Shown here: piece after piece, positions 1 to 10,346 of the stretch
How positions within the stretch are numbered: the first letter of the stretch is position 1
Layout of the letters: every line of letters begins with the position of its first letter
Source of the DNA: an uncultured Spirochaetota bacterium
Lineage (GTDB): Bacteria; Spirochaetota; Brevinematia; Brevinematales; JAOACQ01
Reading direction: 5' to 3'
Length of the DNA: 64,000 nt
Assembly (NCBI GenBank): GCA_963783575.1
Contig: CAWAOD010000010.1
Coordinates: 168,807-232,806 of the forward strand
Notes under the pieces: model-generated
Database searches by the model: none
Told to the model about the DNA's origin: nothing
Seen by the model: the letters and a program-made list of their open reading frames with translations, nothing else
Made by a program: the position numbers and the translations under genes

Positions 1-2
1 AT

Positions 3-548
3 GTCAAGGCTTTCATTGGAAATAAAACTTGCGTCTGTAATGTAAACAAGATTGCCGATTCTGAAACATGTTATCGGTATTTCGCCATGTAAAACCTCGA
101 TCGGTGTTATTTTCTGCTCTTTAATATGGAAATCTCCAATAATATTAATAAGCTCTATTTGAGGTTTTCCTCCACCTATCTGTGTAGGTTTAAAAATATA
201 ATCAAAACGATTACTGATTTCATCCAGAGTTAAACTATTTCCATATACCTGAATTTTTTGCCTCATAATAAAATTTATCTGCCTGATTTCATCCAGGCCG
301 CCGATATGATCATAATGCGGATGTGTTATTAAAATCCCGTCAATCCATCTGATTCCGTTTGCCAATGATTGAAGCCGAAAATCGGGACCTATATCTATCA
401 AAATTCTAGTATTTTTGTCCGTGACAAATAAAGCGCTGCTTCTGAACCTTTTATCCTTAGGATCTTTTGAATTACATACATCGCAGTCGCAGCCTAGAAC
501 AGGCACACCACTGGATGTCCCTGTGCCAAGAAAAGTTAAATTACTCAT
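3..548 (-). CDS. MBL-fold metallo-hydrolase, PhnP/YycJ-like; 3' end runs off the window
   Basis: Not in the ORF track. Read manually from ATG at 548: MSNLTFLGTGTSSGVPVLGCDCDVCNS...ILIDIGPDFR...ITHPHYDHIGGLD, which has the HxHxDH motif. Start overlaps the rarA stop. Confidence 0.9.
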   Translation of the reverse strand, partial: MSNLTFLGTGTSSGVPVLGCDCDVCNSKDPKDKRFRSSALFVTDKNTRILIDIGPDFRLQSLANGIRWIDGILITHPHYDHIGGLDEIRQINFIMRQKIQVYGNSLTLDEISNRFDYIFKPTQIGGGKPQIELINIIGDFHIKEQKITPIEVLHGEIPITCFRIGNLVYITDASFISNESLD

Positions 549-1824
549 CACCATCCTTCTTATGAAGCTTTTTCATCCAATCGGCGATTTTTTTCTCAAA
601 ACCAAGCTCACCGGGTTGATAATATGAAACAGGCTTTTCTGTGTATTTTTGTTCGGTATAATGATTATGAAAATCATGCGGATATTTATATCCGATCCCT
701 CTTCCAAGATTTTCCGCTCCATAAAACCCGGCTTCTCTTAAATATGGCGGAACATTCATTAAATTTCCATTCTGGATATCCGAAAGCGCTTTGTCAATAG
801 CAATAATTGCTGAATTACTTTTAGGTACCCCGGCTAAAAGTGCGGTTGTTTCTGCCAGAATAATTCTACCCTCAGGCATTCCTATTTTTTCAATCGCATT
901 ATAGCAGCTTACGGCAACCGGAAGTGCTTCAGGGTAAGCGAGGCCAATATCCTCAGATGCAAGTATGATCAGCCTTCTTGCAATGAACAAGGGATCTTCA
1001 CCGCTGTGTATCATAAAAGCAAGATAATAAATTGCAGCATCAATATCACTGCCACGTACCGATTTGATAAAAGCTGAAATTACATCAAAATGGCCTTCCG
1101 TTTCTGAATATTTTGTGTCGGTTTTTTGTATGATATCCGCTATATCTTTATATGAAATTATAATTTTTTCGGAAGCAGGCTTCGATAATATTGCCATCTC
1201 AAGAGTGTTGAGAATCCGTCTGGCATCATTGGTTAAACGCAAAAGAAAGTCTTTTGCCTCATTATCCAATTCCACATTAATCTTTGAAAGAAAAGAATCT
1301 TTTTTTAAAGCATTCATAAGGATTTTTTCAAGCTCATTTTTTGAGTGAGGCTTGAATTCATAAATAAAAACCCTCGAGCGGAGAGCGGGCTGCATAATAA
1401 AATAAGGATTTTCAGTTGTAGCACCGATTATTACTACCTCACCGTTTTCCAGGCTTGAAAGAAATGCGTCCTGTTTGGGCTTGATAAGACGGTGGATTTC
1501 ATCTATAAATACTATTGTCTTAATTCCCGATAAGGATTTTTGAAAAGCAGTTTTTAAAATGTTTTTAATAGCTTCTGTATCAAGTGTTAACGCATTTGTA
1601 GTGATAAAGTCATATTGAAGCTCATTTGAAATAATCTCCGCAAGGCTTGTTTTTCCCGTTGCGGGAGGACCGTAAAAAATCATTGAATGAATGGATTTAT
1701 TCCTGATCATGGTAAAAATGGGTTTTCCTTCCGACACAAGATGGATTTGACCTACAAATTCATCAAGTTTCCTTGGCATCATTCTTTTTGATAGTGGAAG
1801 GTTTTTTGATTGAAAAAGCTCCAT
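541..1824 (-). CDS. rarA: Replication-associated recombination protein A (AAA+ ATPase)
   Basis: GPPATGKT Walker A, FIDEIHR, GATTENPYF, SAFIKSVRGSD, ASEDIGLA, YKYPHD. Confidence 0.95.
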   Translation of the reverse strand: MELFQSKNLPLSKRMMPRKLDEFVGQIHLVSEGKPIFTMIRNKSIHSMIFYGPPATGKTSLAEIISNELQYDFITTNALTLDTEAIKNILKTAFQKSLSGIKTIVFIDEIHRLIKPKQDAFLSSLENGEVVIIGATTENPYFIMQPALRSRVFIYEFKPHSKNELEKILMNALKKDSFLSKINVELDNEAKDFLLRLTNDARRILNTLEMAILSKPASEKIIISYKDIADIIQKTDTKYSETEGHFDVISAFIKSVRGSDIDAAIYYLAFMIHSGEDPLFIARRLIILASEDIGLAYPEALPVAVSCYNAIEKIGMPEGRIILAETTALLAGVPKSNSAIIAIDKALSDIQNGNLMNVPPYLREAGFYGAENLGRGIGYKYPHDFHNHYTEQKYTEKPVSYYQPGELGFEKKIADWMKKLHKKDGDE

Positions 1825-2904
1825 TTATTTTTCCATCAATTTCATAAACTCATCGAATAAATAATTGGAATCATGAGGCCCGGGCGATGCTTCCGGATGA
1901 TATTGAACAGAGAAGGCCGGAAAAGTTTTATGCCTGATTCCCTCGACAGTATGATCGTTTAAATTGATATGAGTAACTTCCATTCCAACCGGAATATTAT
2001 TTTCAACAATAGAAAATCCATGGTTTTGTGATGTGATCTCTACTCTTCCTGTTTTTAAATTCATAACAGGCTGGTTAGCCCCGCGGTGTCCGAACTTCAG
2101 TTTGTATGTTTTTGCCCCAAGGGCAAGTCCAAGCATTTGATGCCCCAGGCATATCCCGAATATAGGAATCCTGCCGAGCAGGTTCTTAATAGTATTTATA
2201 ACATATGTAACAGCCGCCGGATCGCCAGGACCGTTAGAAATGAATACTCCGTCCGGCTTAAGATCAAGAATCTGACTGCCGGAATATGTCGCCGGTACAA
2301 TGGTAATATTTGCATCTCTTAAGTCAAGAAGCCGCAAAATATTTTCTTTAATACCGGTATCCATCGCCACGATATGTTTTCTTCCGGATTGAAACTCTTT
2401 CCAGCGTTTGGGTTCATGTAAAGTTACCCTTGGAACCAGATCAAGGCCTGTCATATCAGGAACTTTTTCCAGTTTGGCTATTAAACTATTCCGGTCATAA
2501 TCAACAGCGGATAATATTCCGTTCATCGCACCTGCGATCCTTATTATCCTGGTTAATTTTCTTGTATCTATTCCTTCAATTCCTGTAACCTTATTATTTA
2601 AGAGGTAATCCGCCAAACAACCATGGCGATTCCAGCTAGAATCAATTTTCGAAGCTTCTCTAACAATAAACCCCGCTGCCTGTATTTTTCCAGATTCTGT
2701 ATTTTGATCATTCACACCGTAATTTCCAATCAAAGGATAAGTCATCGTTATAATCTGCCCTGTATATGAGGGATCTGTTAAAATCTCCTGGTATCCTGTC
2801 ATTGATGTATTGAAAACTACCTCACCCATCGCCTCGCCCTTATAACCGAAATTCCGCCCGATGAACATTTCACCATTTTCCAGAAGCAGAACAGCTTTAT
2901 CCAT
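1825..2904 (-). CDS. carA: Carbamoyl-phosphate synthase small subunit
   Basis: GEVVFNTSMTGYQE, SNGPGDP, GICLGHQ, SQNHG, QYHPEASPGPHD. Confidence 0.97.
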   Translation of the reverse strand: MDKAVLLLENGEMFIGRNFGYKGEAMGEVVFNTSMTGYQEILTDPSYTGQIITMTYPLIGNYGVNDQNTESGKIQAAGFIVREASKIDSSWNRHGCLADYLLNNKVTGIEGIDTRKLTRIIRIAGAMNGILSAVDYDRNSLIAKLEKVPDMTGLDLVPRVTLHEPKRWKEFQSGRKHIVAMDTGIKENILRLLDLRDANITIVPATYSGSQILDLKPDGVFISNGPGDPAAVTYVINTIKNLLGRIPIFGICLGHQMLGLALGAKTYKLKFGHRGANQPVMNLKTGRVEITSQNHGFSIVENNIPVGMEVTHINLNDHTVEGIRHKTFPAFSVQYHPEASPGPHDSNYLFDEFMKLMEK

Positions 2905-3022
2905 AAATAATTCCTCTATTTACTTTAAATATAATATAGATATTTTACCATAATATCAGCTTTATCACAAATTCAAAGGTGATCGGTCAGTTATCTTGGA
3001 AGTTAATTAACTATTGTTACCA

Positions 3023-3096
3023 TTCCCCTTTTCAAAGGGGGCTAGGCGGATTTAAAATATTAGAAGAATCTCCCCACCCTCTTTGAAAAGTGGGAG
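3023..3096. repeat. Degenerate REP/REPIN-like inverted doublet
   Basis: TTCCCCTTTTCAAAGGGGG ... CCCTCTTTGAAAAGTGGGAG, imperfect inverted repeats that are GC-rich in an AT-rich intergenic region. Confidence 0.5.
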
Positions 3097-3161
3097 TTTA
3101 TTACAAACATATTATAGTAGGTAATATATTACTACTATTTTAAAATAAAATTTAAAAACTA

Positions 3162-3190
3162 TTGACATAATTTATAAAAAGTGAGATAAT
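3162..3190 (+). promoter_or_regulatory. sigma70-type promoter for the hypothetical-ftsQ-ftsA-ftsZ operon
   Basis: TTGACA-N17-GATAAT. Confidence 0.65.
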
Positions 3191-3296
3191 GTTATAAAGA
3201 TGTGAAATAGCTAATAATATGAGATATTTTATTTAAAAAAATATTAATCCGTTTTCCTAATTAAGATTGGGAATTAAAAAATTTGAGGGGAATCTT

Positions 3297-3638
3297 GTGG
3301 CAGAATTAACCGACCGTTTGAATTTACCGGCGGCAGGATTTTACGGATTTGAAATTAATACTACTTTAAAAACTTATAAAAAAAGCCCAAGGATATTTAA
3401 TAATAAGCCAAAAAAACACTTCATAAATTTTATTTCTAAAAGTAGACTTGATGAAATCCCTTCCTTTAAATTACTTGATCGATTTTACAGCATTAACATA
3501 TATAATTCCAGAACAGAATCCATTATATTTCAAATTATAAGATTAATAAAAAATACAATTTCTGCTATAACTGGATATATAACAGATATTATATTTATTA
3601 GATATATTTCACATAAATCACCAAACCCTCATAATTAG
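3297..3638 (+). CDS. Hypothetical protein
   Basis: GAGGGG RBS before GTG at 3297; ends 8 nt before the ftsQ start; no recognisable motif. Confidence 0.45.
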   Translation: MAELTDRLNLPAAGFYGFEINTTLKTYKKSPRIFNNKPKKHFINFISKSRLDEIPSFKLLDRFYSINIYNSRTESIIFQIIRLIKNTISAITGYITDIIFIRYISHKSPNPHN

Positions 3639-3646
3639 GAATTTTT

Positions 3647-4358
3647 ATGGAAAAGATTATTTCAAACTTTTTCATATTGCTTTTTTTTGGAGCAGTAATA
3701 TTAGGATTACATTTCGTAATATATAAAATTTTAGTTAATCAAGGAGTCATGAAGCTTAAAGGGTATTTATGTTTCCGGCAACCGTTTATTACAAACCGGT
3801 AATATTATTGAATCATCAGGCATTTCCAGAGGGATTGGTATTTTTGATTTTTCACTGCAGGAGCTGGCGGCAAATATCTGCACAAACAGGCTTGTAGAAT
3901 TCGCTGAAGTGAAAAGATATCCTCCGGACAGCCTTGAAATAAAAATTAAAGAAAGACAGCCGGTATGCGCTGTTTCAATATTTAATAATTTTTATATGTG
4001 TGATAAAAATGGACACATATTAATGAACGGATATTATAACGGATTCCCTGTTATAATCCCGGATTTCGATTTTTCATATAAGAATGATGAAATAAAAGAT
4101 GAGTATATAAAATTAGTACTTAATAAACTATATAATGTTGCAAATTTAAATAGAATAAATAAAATTTATATAAAAAAAATAGAAGGAATTTATATTACAT
4201 TAAAAAATCTTGACGGAACATTGTTTTTTATAGGAAAAAATATATCTGATAATGATATATTCAATAAAATATTCAGTGTTGCAGACAAAATAATAAGCGA
4301 CAATTTAAAAATTAAGTTCATTGATATTAATAAAGAAAATGCTATCGGATTTAAATAA
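3647..4358 (+). CDS. ftsQ: Cell division protein FtsQ/DivIB, broken by two apparent +1 indels near 3761 and 3819
   Basis: ATG at 3647 gives an N-terminal TM helix. Removing one G from each of two GGG runs restores the POTRA sequence KGIYVSGNRLL...VEFAEVKRYPPDSLEIKIKERQP. Lies directly upstream of ftsA. Confidence 0.8.
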
Positions 4359-4417
4359 ATTCGTTATTTAGGTTTTTTGCCGCTGCGATTGATTTTATAA
4401 TAGTACAGGAGGATAGC

Positions 4418-5653
4418 TTGGATCCGCGAATTGTTGTTGGTATGGATATTGGCACAACAAAAGTTTGTACCGTGGTTGCAAAAATCAACGAAATTGATGA
4501 GCTTGAGATCCTTGGAGTCGGACTTGTACCTTCAAAGGGTTTAAGGAAAGGAGTTGTTATTAATATAGACAGTACTGCTTCATCAATTGCCGCCTCAGTT
4601 GAAAAATCTGAAATTCAGGCCGGCATCGAAGTCAAAGGAGTTTATATCGGAATATCAGGCGGTCATGTTGAAGGCATTAACAGTAAAGGAGTGATTGCGG
4701 TTTCAGATAAAAACAAAGAAATCGGGGAAGCTGATGTCAGAAGAGTTATCGATGCCGCGACAGCAATTGTTATACCGGTTGACAGAGAAGTGATTCATAT
4801 TATCCCTCAAGAATTTATTGTTGACGACCAGGATGGGATAAAAGACCCTATCGGTATGTCCGGAATCCGACTTGAAGCTGTTGTAAATGTCATAACGGCC
4901 GCCGCGACTTCTGTAAATAATATTGTAAAAAGTGTAAATAAAGCCGGCCTGGAAACTGCGGACATTGTTCTTGAACCGCTTGCTTCCGCGCAGGCAATAC
5001 TTACGGAAGAAGAAAAAGAATTAGGCGTTGCCCTGGTGGATATCGGCGGTGGAACAACGGATTATGTTATTTTTGAAGAGGGAAGTTTGAGAAAAACCGG
5101 TATTTTTTCAATCGGGGGGAACCATATTACCAACGATATAGCCTTCGGGCTTAAAACGCCTCCGCTTGCCGCCGAGGAAATTAAAAGAAAGTACGGCGCC
5201 GCAATTGCAGATTATGTTTCCGGTGAAGATGAAATCGAAGTCCCGGGATTAGGCGGGAGGCAGCCTACTTTTGAGAAAAGAAAAACATTAATTGATATTA
5301 TTGAGCCACGTATTGAAGAGATATTGTCACTTGTTAACAGTGAAATAGAAAAAACAGGGAAAAAAGAATTTCTTGCGGCCGGTATCGTATTAACAGGCGG
5401 TGTTGCATTGACACCTTATATAGTGGACCTAGCTGGAGAGATATTCAACCTGCCTGTGAGAATCGGAAGGCCTTTAGGTATTAAAGGGCTTAAGGATATA
5501 GTCGACAGCCCTGTTTTTTCTACGGCGGTGGGATTGGCTTTATATGCAAAAGATAACCAGCCGAAACTGGGTCCAACAAATTCCAGGGATGATGAAAAGA
5601 ATTTTAAATCAATAATTGATAGAATGAGGCAATGGTTCAACGAATTTTTTTGA
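4418..5653 (+). CDS. ftsA: Cell division protein FtsA
   Basis: GMDIGTTKV, DIGGGTTD, GGNHITNDIA, GIVLTGG. Confidence 0.97.
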   Translation: MDPRIVVGMDIGTTKVCTVVAKINEIDELEILGVGLVPSKGLRKGVVINIDSTASSIAASVEKSEIQAGIEVKGVYIGISGGHVEGINSKGVIAVSDKNKEIGEADVRRVIDAATAIVIPVDREVIHIIPQEFIVDDQDGIKDPIGMSGIRLEAVVNVITAAATSVNNIVKSVNKAGLETADIVLEPLASAQAILTEEEKELGVALVDIGGGTTDYVIFEEGSLRKTGIFSIGGNHITNDIAFGLKTPPLAAEEIKRKYGAAIADYVSGEDEIEVPGLGGRQPTFEKRKTLIDIIEPRIEEILSLVNSEIEKTGKKEFLAAGIVLTGGVALTPYIVDLAGEIFNLPVRIGRPLGIKGLKDIVDSPVFSTAVGLALYAKDNQPKLGPTNSRDDEKNFKSIIDRMRQWFNEFF

Positions 5654-5705
5654 TAGCAAAGTAATTAGTTAATATATTAAGATTTATTTTGGGAGGGAAG
5701 TCTTT

Positions 5706-6917
5706 ATGATGGTTGAAAGATATGCGGAATCAATCGCTAATAACATTCCGGGATTGATTGTCGAAGATGAAGTAATTACAAAGATCAAAGTCGTCGGTAT
5801 CGGTGGAGCAGGTTGTAATGCTATCAACCGTATGATCGAAGACGGCATCAGCAACGTGGAGTTTGTCGCCGTCAACACCGATGCGCAGGTACTTAAAAAC
5901 ACCCTGGCAAAAACAACATTACAGATCGGCGCCAGATCGACCAAAGGACTGGGAGCCGGTGCAAAACCCGATGTGGGAGAAAAAGCCGCCCAGGAAGATG
6001 TGGAAGAAATTAAAAAGCTTCTGGATAAGAGCAATATGGTTTTTATAACAGCCGGAATGGGCGGAGGAACAGGAACCGGAGCCGCACCGGTTTTCGCAAA
6101 AGTGGCAAAGGATATGGGAGTCTTAACGGTTGCTGTTGTCACCATACCTTTTGATTTTGAGGGAAAAAGAAGGATTGAGGTTGCTTATCAGGGTATTTCT
6201 AAATTAAAGGAACATGTCGATACGATGCTGGTCATCTCAAATTCCAGGATATTTAAAGTAATTGAGAGAAAAGCCGGGGTTAAGCAGGCTTTTCACAAGA
6301 TTGACGAAGTATTAAAACAGGCTGTCCAGGGAATATCAAGCATCATAACAGATGTTGGAATTATAAATGTTGATTTTGCCGATGTCAAAACCGTTCTTTC
6401 AAACCGCGGCGAAGCAATTATGGGGATTGGAATAGCACATGGCGAGAACAGGGCTATCGATGCAGCAAAAATGGCCCTGGAAAATCCGCTTATTGAGAAT
6501 TCATCGTTCAAGAATGCGGGGGCAATGCTTGTCAATATAATAGGGGGCCCTGATTTCGCAATGTCGGAGTATGATGAAGCAGCTAAAACGATAGCGGAAT
6601 ACTGCAGAGAGGACGCCGAAATCATTGTTGGGTTGAATGTAGATGAGAATTTAAAAGATAAGATAAAGATAATTATAATTGCAACGGATTTTTTACCGGC
6701 AAACACTACCATTGAAAATGAAACGGTACCTATACCTGCAGAAAGCATATTTGAAGAAAGAAAAGTCGTTTCACTGGCAGAGATCAGGCAGGAAAGATCA
6801 AGATTAAAAAACAGCCGGAATGAAATACCAAAAAATATTCTTAAAACCGAAGGGCACTCAAGAATAGAAGAAGATTATGAAACTCCGGCTTTTTTAAGAA
6901 AAAGAAAAATGGGTTAA
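5706..6917 (+). CDS. ftsZ: Cell division protein FtsZ
   Basis: GGGTGTG, INVDFADV, C-terminal ETPAFLRK. Confidence 0.98.
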   Translation: MMVERYAESIANNIPGLIVEDEVITKIKVVGIGGAGCNAINRMIEDGISNVEFVAVNTDAQVLKNTLAKTTLQIGARSTKGLGAGAKPDVGEKAAQEDVEEIKKLLDKSNMVFITAGMGGGTGTGAAPVFAKVAKDMGVLTVAVVTIPFDFEGKRRIEVAYQGISKLKEHVDTMLVISNSRIFKVIERKAGVKQAFHKIDEVLKQAVQGISSIITDVGIINVDFADVKTVLSNRGEAIMGIGIAHGENRAIDAAKMALENPLIENSSFKNAGAMLVNIIGGPDFAMSEYDEAAKTIAEYCREDAEIIVGLNVDENLKDKIKIIIIATDFLPANTTIENETVPIPAESIFEERKVVSLAEIRQERSRLKNSRNEIPKNILKTEGHSRIEEDYETPAFLRKRKMG

Positions 6918-6924
6918 ATGCCAA

Positions 6925-7638
6925 TTAAATTAATTCATTTAATATTGTTTCAACAGATTTAATCTTGCTTTCTGCTTCCAGTACGGAACGGCCCATTACA
7001 ATATAATCAGCCCCGAGTTTTTTTGCTGTTTTTGGATCCATTACTCGTTTCTGATCGCCATTGGATTCGCCGGGCATTCTAACGCCGGGTGTTACAAGAG
7101 TTATATCATTGCCGAACTCTTTCCTTAAAATCTCAATTTCATACGGAGAGCAGACAAATCCTCTTATTCCTTCATTATATCCCAATCCGGCAAGGTGTTT
7201 TACCAATTCACCGGCGGACAGATTTATTTTAAGGTCATTTTTTAAAATACCGTCATTCATACTTGTTAATACTGTTACGCCGAGTATCAAAGGTTCTTTG
7301 TATCCCGGTTTTTTCTTTATTATGACTTCTTTTACTCCTTCAAGTGAGGCTTTAATCATTTCTCTCCCGCCAAGAAGATGAATTGTTAACATTTCTATTC
7401 CCAATTCTGCTGCTACGGAACAGATTCCTTTTACCGTATTGGGTATATCATAAAATTTCAAATCAAGAAAAACCTTTTTATCTTTTGAATGGAGATAATC
7501 TATTATTTTATTTCCAGCTAAAGTATAAAGGATACTTCCGACCTTAAATATATCTACCATTGGCGACAATTCTTCAATTATTTTCTCGGCCTCAATAAAA
7601 TCCTTTACATCCAGAGCAACGATAAGTTTGGTCTGCAT
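6925..7638 (-). CDS. pyrF: Orotidine-5'-phosphate decarboxylase
   Basis: FLDLKFYDIPNTV, VTVLTS, TPGVR, DQKRV. Confidence 0.96.
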   Translation of the reverse strand: MQTKLIVALDVKDFIEAEKIIEELSPMVDIFKVGSILYTLAGNKIIDYLHSKDKKVFLDLKFYDIPNTVKGICSVAAELGIEMLTIHLLGGREMIKASLEGVKEVIIKKKPGYKEPLILGVTVLTSMNDGILKNDLKINLSAGELVKHLAGLGYNEGIRGFVCSPYEIEILRKEFGNDITLVTPGVRMPGESNGDQKRVMDPKTAKKLGADYIVMGRSVLEAESKIKSVETILNELI

Positions 7639-7746
7639 AATATTCTCCCCATATTAATCAATGATTATTATAATATATTATGAGAATTTAGTTAAAATAT
7701 CCAATACATTATTTTACTTCAATTTCTCATTATCTTTTGACGATAA

Positions 7747-7850
7747 TTAGTCGAAAGTCATAGTCGGGAGATGAAAATAACATATAATTACTAACAGGCT
7801 AATTAACTTTCGACTAACCGACTAATTGACTAGAAGACTAACTGACAAAG
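7747..7850. repeat. 12-bp inverted repeat plus five tandem 8-mers with an nGACTAAn core
   Basis: TTAGTCGAAAGT (7747) / ACTTTCGACTAA (7806); CGACTAAC CGACTAAT TGACTAGA AGACTAAC TGACAAAG (7811-7850). Confidence 0.75.
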
Positions 7851-7860
7851 GATTACAAAT

Positions 7861-8502
7861 ATGCCAAAAAAAAGTTTTTATAAAATATTAACAGATAATG
7901 AACTTTTTCTTTTAATAAAAAATAATCATCTTGCAGAAAATGAATTTTACAGAAGATATAAAATTAAAGTTAAGGGATTGATAAAGAATTATAGATTAAA
8001 TTCCCTTGAACGTGAAGACCTTATCCAGGAAGGAATGATCGGATTGTTCCAGGCAATAGAATCCTTCGATAAACAAAAAGGGGTAAAATTCTCAACATAT
8101 TCTATGGTATGCATAAAAAACAGAATTTACAATTCCCTTAATTCAATTTGGAAGCATAAAAAAAAGATCGATGAAGAAAAAGATATTGAAGAGATCGTAT
8201 CCGGGAATAATCCTGAAAGCGACACAATAAAGTCCGAACTTTCAGTTAATATCGAAAACGCGATATCGCATTTAAGCGAACTTGAACAGAAAATAATTGA
8301 GAAATACCTGAATAATATGAGTTATAAAAATATTGCATCAGAGCTTGAAATTTCTACAAAAAAAGTTGATAATATCTTAATGAAGATTAAGTTAAAACTA
8401 ACCAGATACCTGAATGAAAGCCAGAATATTATACCGGCTTCAAAAAAACAAGGGGAAAACCACAAAATCATTAAAAGATTCGCTGAAAAAGGGGGACAGT
8501 AA
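7861..8502 (+). CDS. sigma-70 family sigma factor, SigH(Spo0H)-like
   Basis: REDLIQEGMIGLFQAIESFD..KGVKFSTY (region 2); SYKNIASELEISTKKVDN (region 4 HTH); about 210 aa. Confidence 0.85.
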   Translation: MPKKSFYKILTDNELFLLIKNNHLAENEFYRRYKIKVKGLIKNYRLNSLEREDLIQEGMIGLFQAIESFDKQKGVKFSTYSMVCIKNRIYNSLNSIWKHKKKIDEEKDIEEIVSGNNPESDTIKSELSVNIENAISHLSELEQKIIEKYLNNMSYKNIASELEISTKKVDNILMKIKLKLTRYLNESQNIIPASKKQGENHKIIKRFAEKGGQ

Positions 8503-8805
8503 ATGAAGTTAAATATTAAGGCTTTATCATTATCATTTTCTATTTTAGGGTTTTGTTTAAGTTTTGTCATCGGGATTTGGTTCAGCGCAACCGGTTATGG
8601 AAAGCTTGTGCTTGACTTGCTGTCTTCATTTTATGCTAATATCGTACAGTTTAGGTTCAATCCCTTATTATCGTTTGGGACTAATCTATCTTCAAACTTT
8701 TTATCTATTTTTCTTCTAAGTCTTTTTACTTTTATAGATGGCATAATCATTGGAATCATTTTCGGTTCACTTTATAATCTTTTTATTCCTAAGACAAAAA
8801 AATAG
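8503..8805 (+). CDS. Small membrane protein with 2-3 TM segments
   Basis: Hydrophobic ORF starting immediately after the sigma stop. Confidence 0.75.
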   Translation: MKLNIKALSLSFSILGFCLSFVIGIWFSATGYGKLVLDLLSSFYANIVQFRFNPLLSFGTNLSSNFLSIFLLSLFTFIDGIIIGIIFGSLYNLFIPKTKK

Positions 8806-8817
8806 GATTATCTTATA

Positions 8818-9609
8818 ATGGAAACGCTGAAGAATTTAATAAAAAACATAACAAAATCCTTCGCATTGAAATTTAAATATTACGGAGGAATAGCATCTCT
8901 AATTGTTTATTCAATTTCAAATTATATTAGTGATAATAAAGGAAGAAAGAGCATTAATAAAGTCATAATAATGCAGATTTATTTTACAGGAAACCTGGCA
9001 TTAAAGATCATCGGCCTCGTCGCTTTAGCTCTTGGAGCCATAACTGTAATACAACTTTTTACACAGCTCAGTAACGTCGGAGCCCTGGATTACGTGGGAA
9101 AAATTCTAAGCATTGTTATAATTCGTGAATTGGGACCAATTATTACTGCATTTATTGTGATCAGCCGTTCCGGTACTGCAATTGCCGCAGAAATCGGCAC
9201 AATGATGGTTAATGATGAGATCAATGCCCTTGAAATGCTTGGGATAAACACGCTCAAATATATAGTGTTCCCTAGAATAGCCGGAATGGTAATCGCTATG
9301 GTTCTTTTAACAATGTATTTCAATGCCATCGGTATCATTGGCGGATTTATTGTGGGAAGTATCTATGCTAATATTAGCTATGATATGTTCATCACATATG
9401 TTATGAACTCGATCACCTATCTGGATATATTGACCAGTATAATTAAAAGCGCCGTTTTCGGCGTTTTTATTTCAACTATAGCAATTTATTATGGTTTTCA
9501 GGCGTTTGTGTCAACACAGATCCCCCAGGTAACAACAAAAGCAGTTGTAAGCACGATATTTGCAATGTTTTTCTTTGATGTTTTAATAACTTTAGTTATT
9601 TATTTGTAG
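8818..9609 (+). CDS. mlaE: MlaE-family ABC permease
   Basis: IRELGPIITAFIVISRSGTAIAAEIGTM..NDEINALE..G, PRI. Confidence 0.92.
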   Translation: METLKNLIKNITKSFALKFKYYGGIASLIVYSISNYISDNKGRKSINKVIIMQIYFTGNLALKIIGLVALALGAITVIQLFTQLSNVGALDYVGKILSIVIIRELGPIITAFIVISRSGTAIAAEIGTMMVNDEINALEMLGINTLKYIVFPRIAGMVIAMVLLTMYFNAIGIIGGFIVGSIYANISYDMFITYVMNSITYLDILTSIIKSAVFGVFISTIAIYYGFQAFVSTQIPQVTTKAVVSTIFAMFFFDVLITLVIYL

Positions 9610-9616
9610 GTATGAT

Positions 9617-10345
9617 ATGGGAAATATCTCGTTGAAAAATGTTATATTAAAATATGAAAAAGAAACGGTAATAAACGATATAAGTGAGAATATTTATGAC
9701 GGAGAAATTTATGCAGTCATCGGTTCTTCAGGAAGCGGCAAAACCGCCTTGCTTAAGGTAATAGCGGGATTAGCTCTTATAAATAGCGGAATAGTCGATG
9801 TCAAAGGAAAAAATATTGTAAAATTTTCTCAAAAACAGATGCTGAGTTATCATAAAAATTGCGGTTTTGTGTTCCAGAATTCCGCCTTGATAAGCAATAT
9901 GAGTATTTACGAAAATCTTTCAATATATTATAATTATCATACGAGTATGAAGGAAATTGAAATATATGATAAGATAAAAAAGTTCCTGGATTACGTAGGG
10001 TTTTCTGAAAATCTTTCATACAGGCCGAACTTCATCAGCACAGGTGAAAAAATGCTTGTAAATATTGTAAGAGCTATCTCTCATGACCCGGAGTTTGTTT
10101 TCTGGGATAATCCTTTTGCGAATCTTGATGCGATATACCAGAAAAGGGTTAAGAAAATTATTTCTGATCTGAAAAAACAGGGTAAAACTTTACTCCTGGT
10201 AACAAATGATTTTGACTTCGCCCTTTCTAACGCGGACAGAATTTGTATACTACACAAAGGATCAATAATTGAAAGCGGAACACCTGCTGATATTCAAAAC
10301 TCTACACAAGAAATCACCAGGAAACTGATGAATAAGGGGGATTAA
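9617..10345 (+). CDS. mlaF: MlaF-like ABC ATP-binding protein with degenerate catalytic motifs
   Basis: GSSGSGKT, FVFQNSAL; located between mlaE and mlaD. Confidence 0.85.
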   Translation: MGNISLKNVILKYEKETVINDISENIYDGEIYAVIGSSGSGKTALLKVIAGLALINSGIVDVKGKNIVKFSQKQMLSYHKNCGFVFQNSALISNMSIYENLSIYYNYHTSMKEIEIYDKIKKFLDYVGFSENLSYRPNFISTGEKMLVNIVRAISHDPEFVFWDNPFANLDAIYQKRVKKIISDLKKQGKTLLLVTNDFDFALSNADRICILHKGSIIESGTPADIQNSTQEITRKLMNKGD

Positions 10346-10346
10346 A

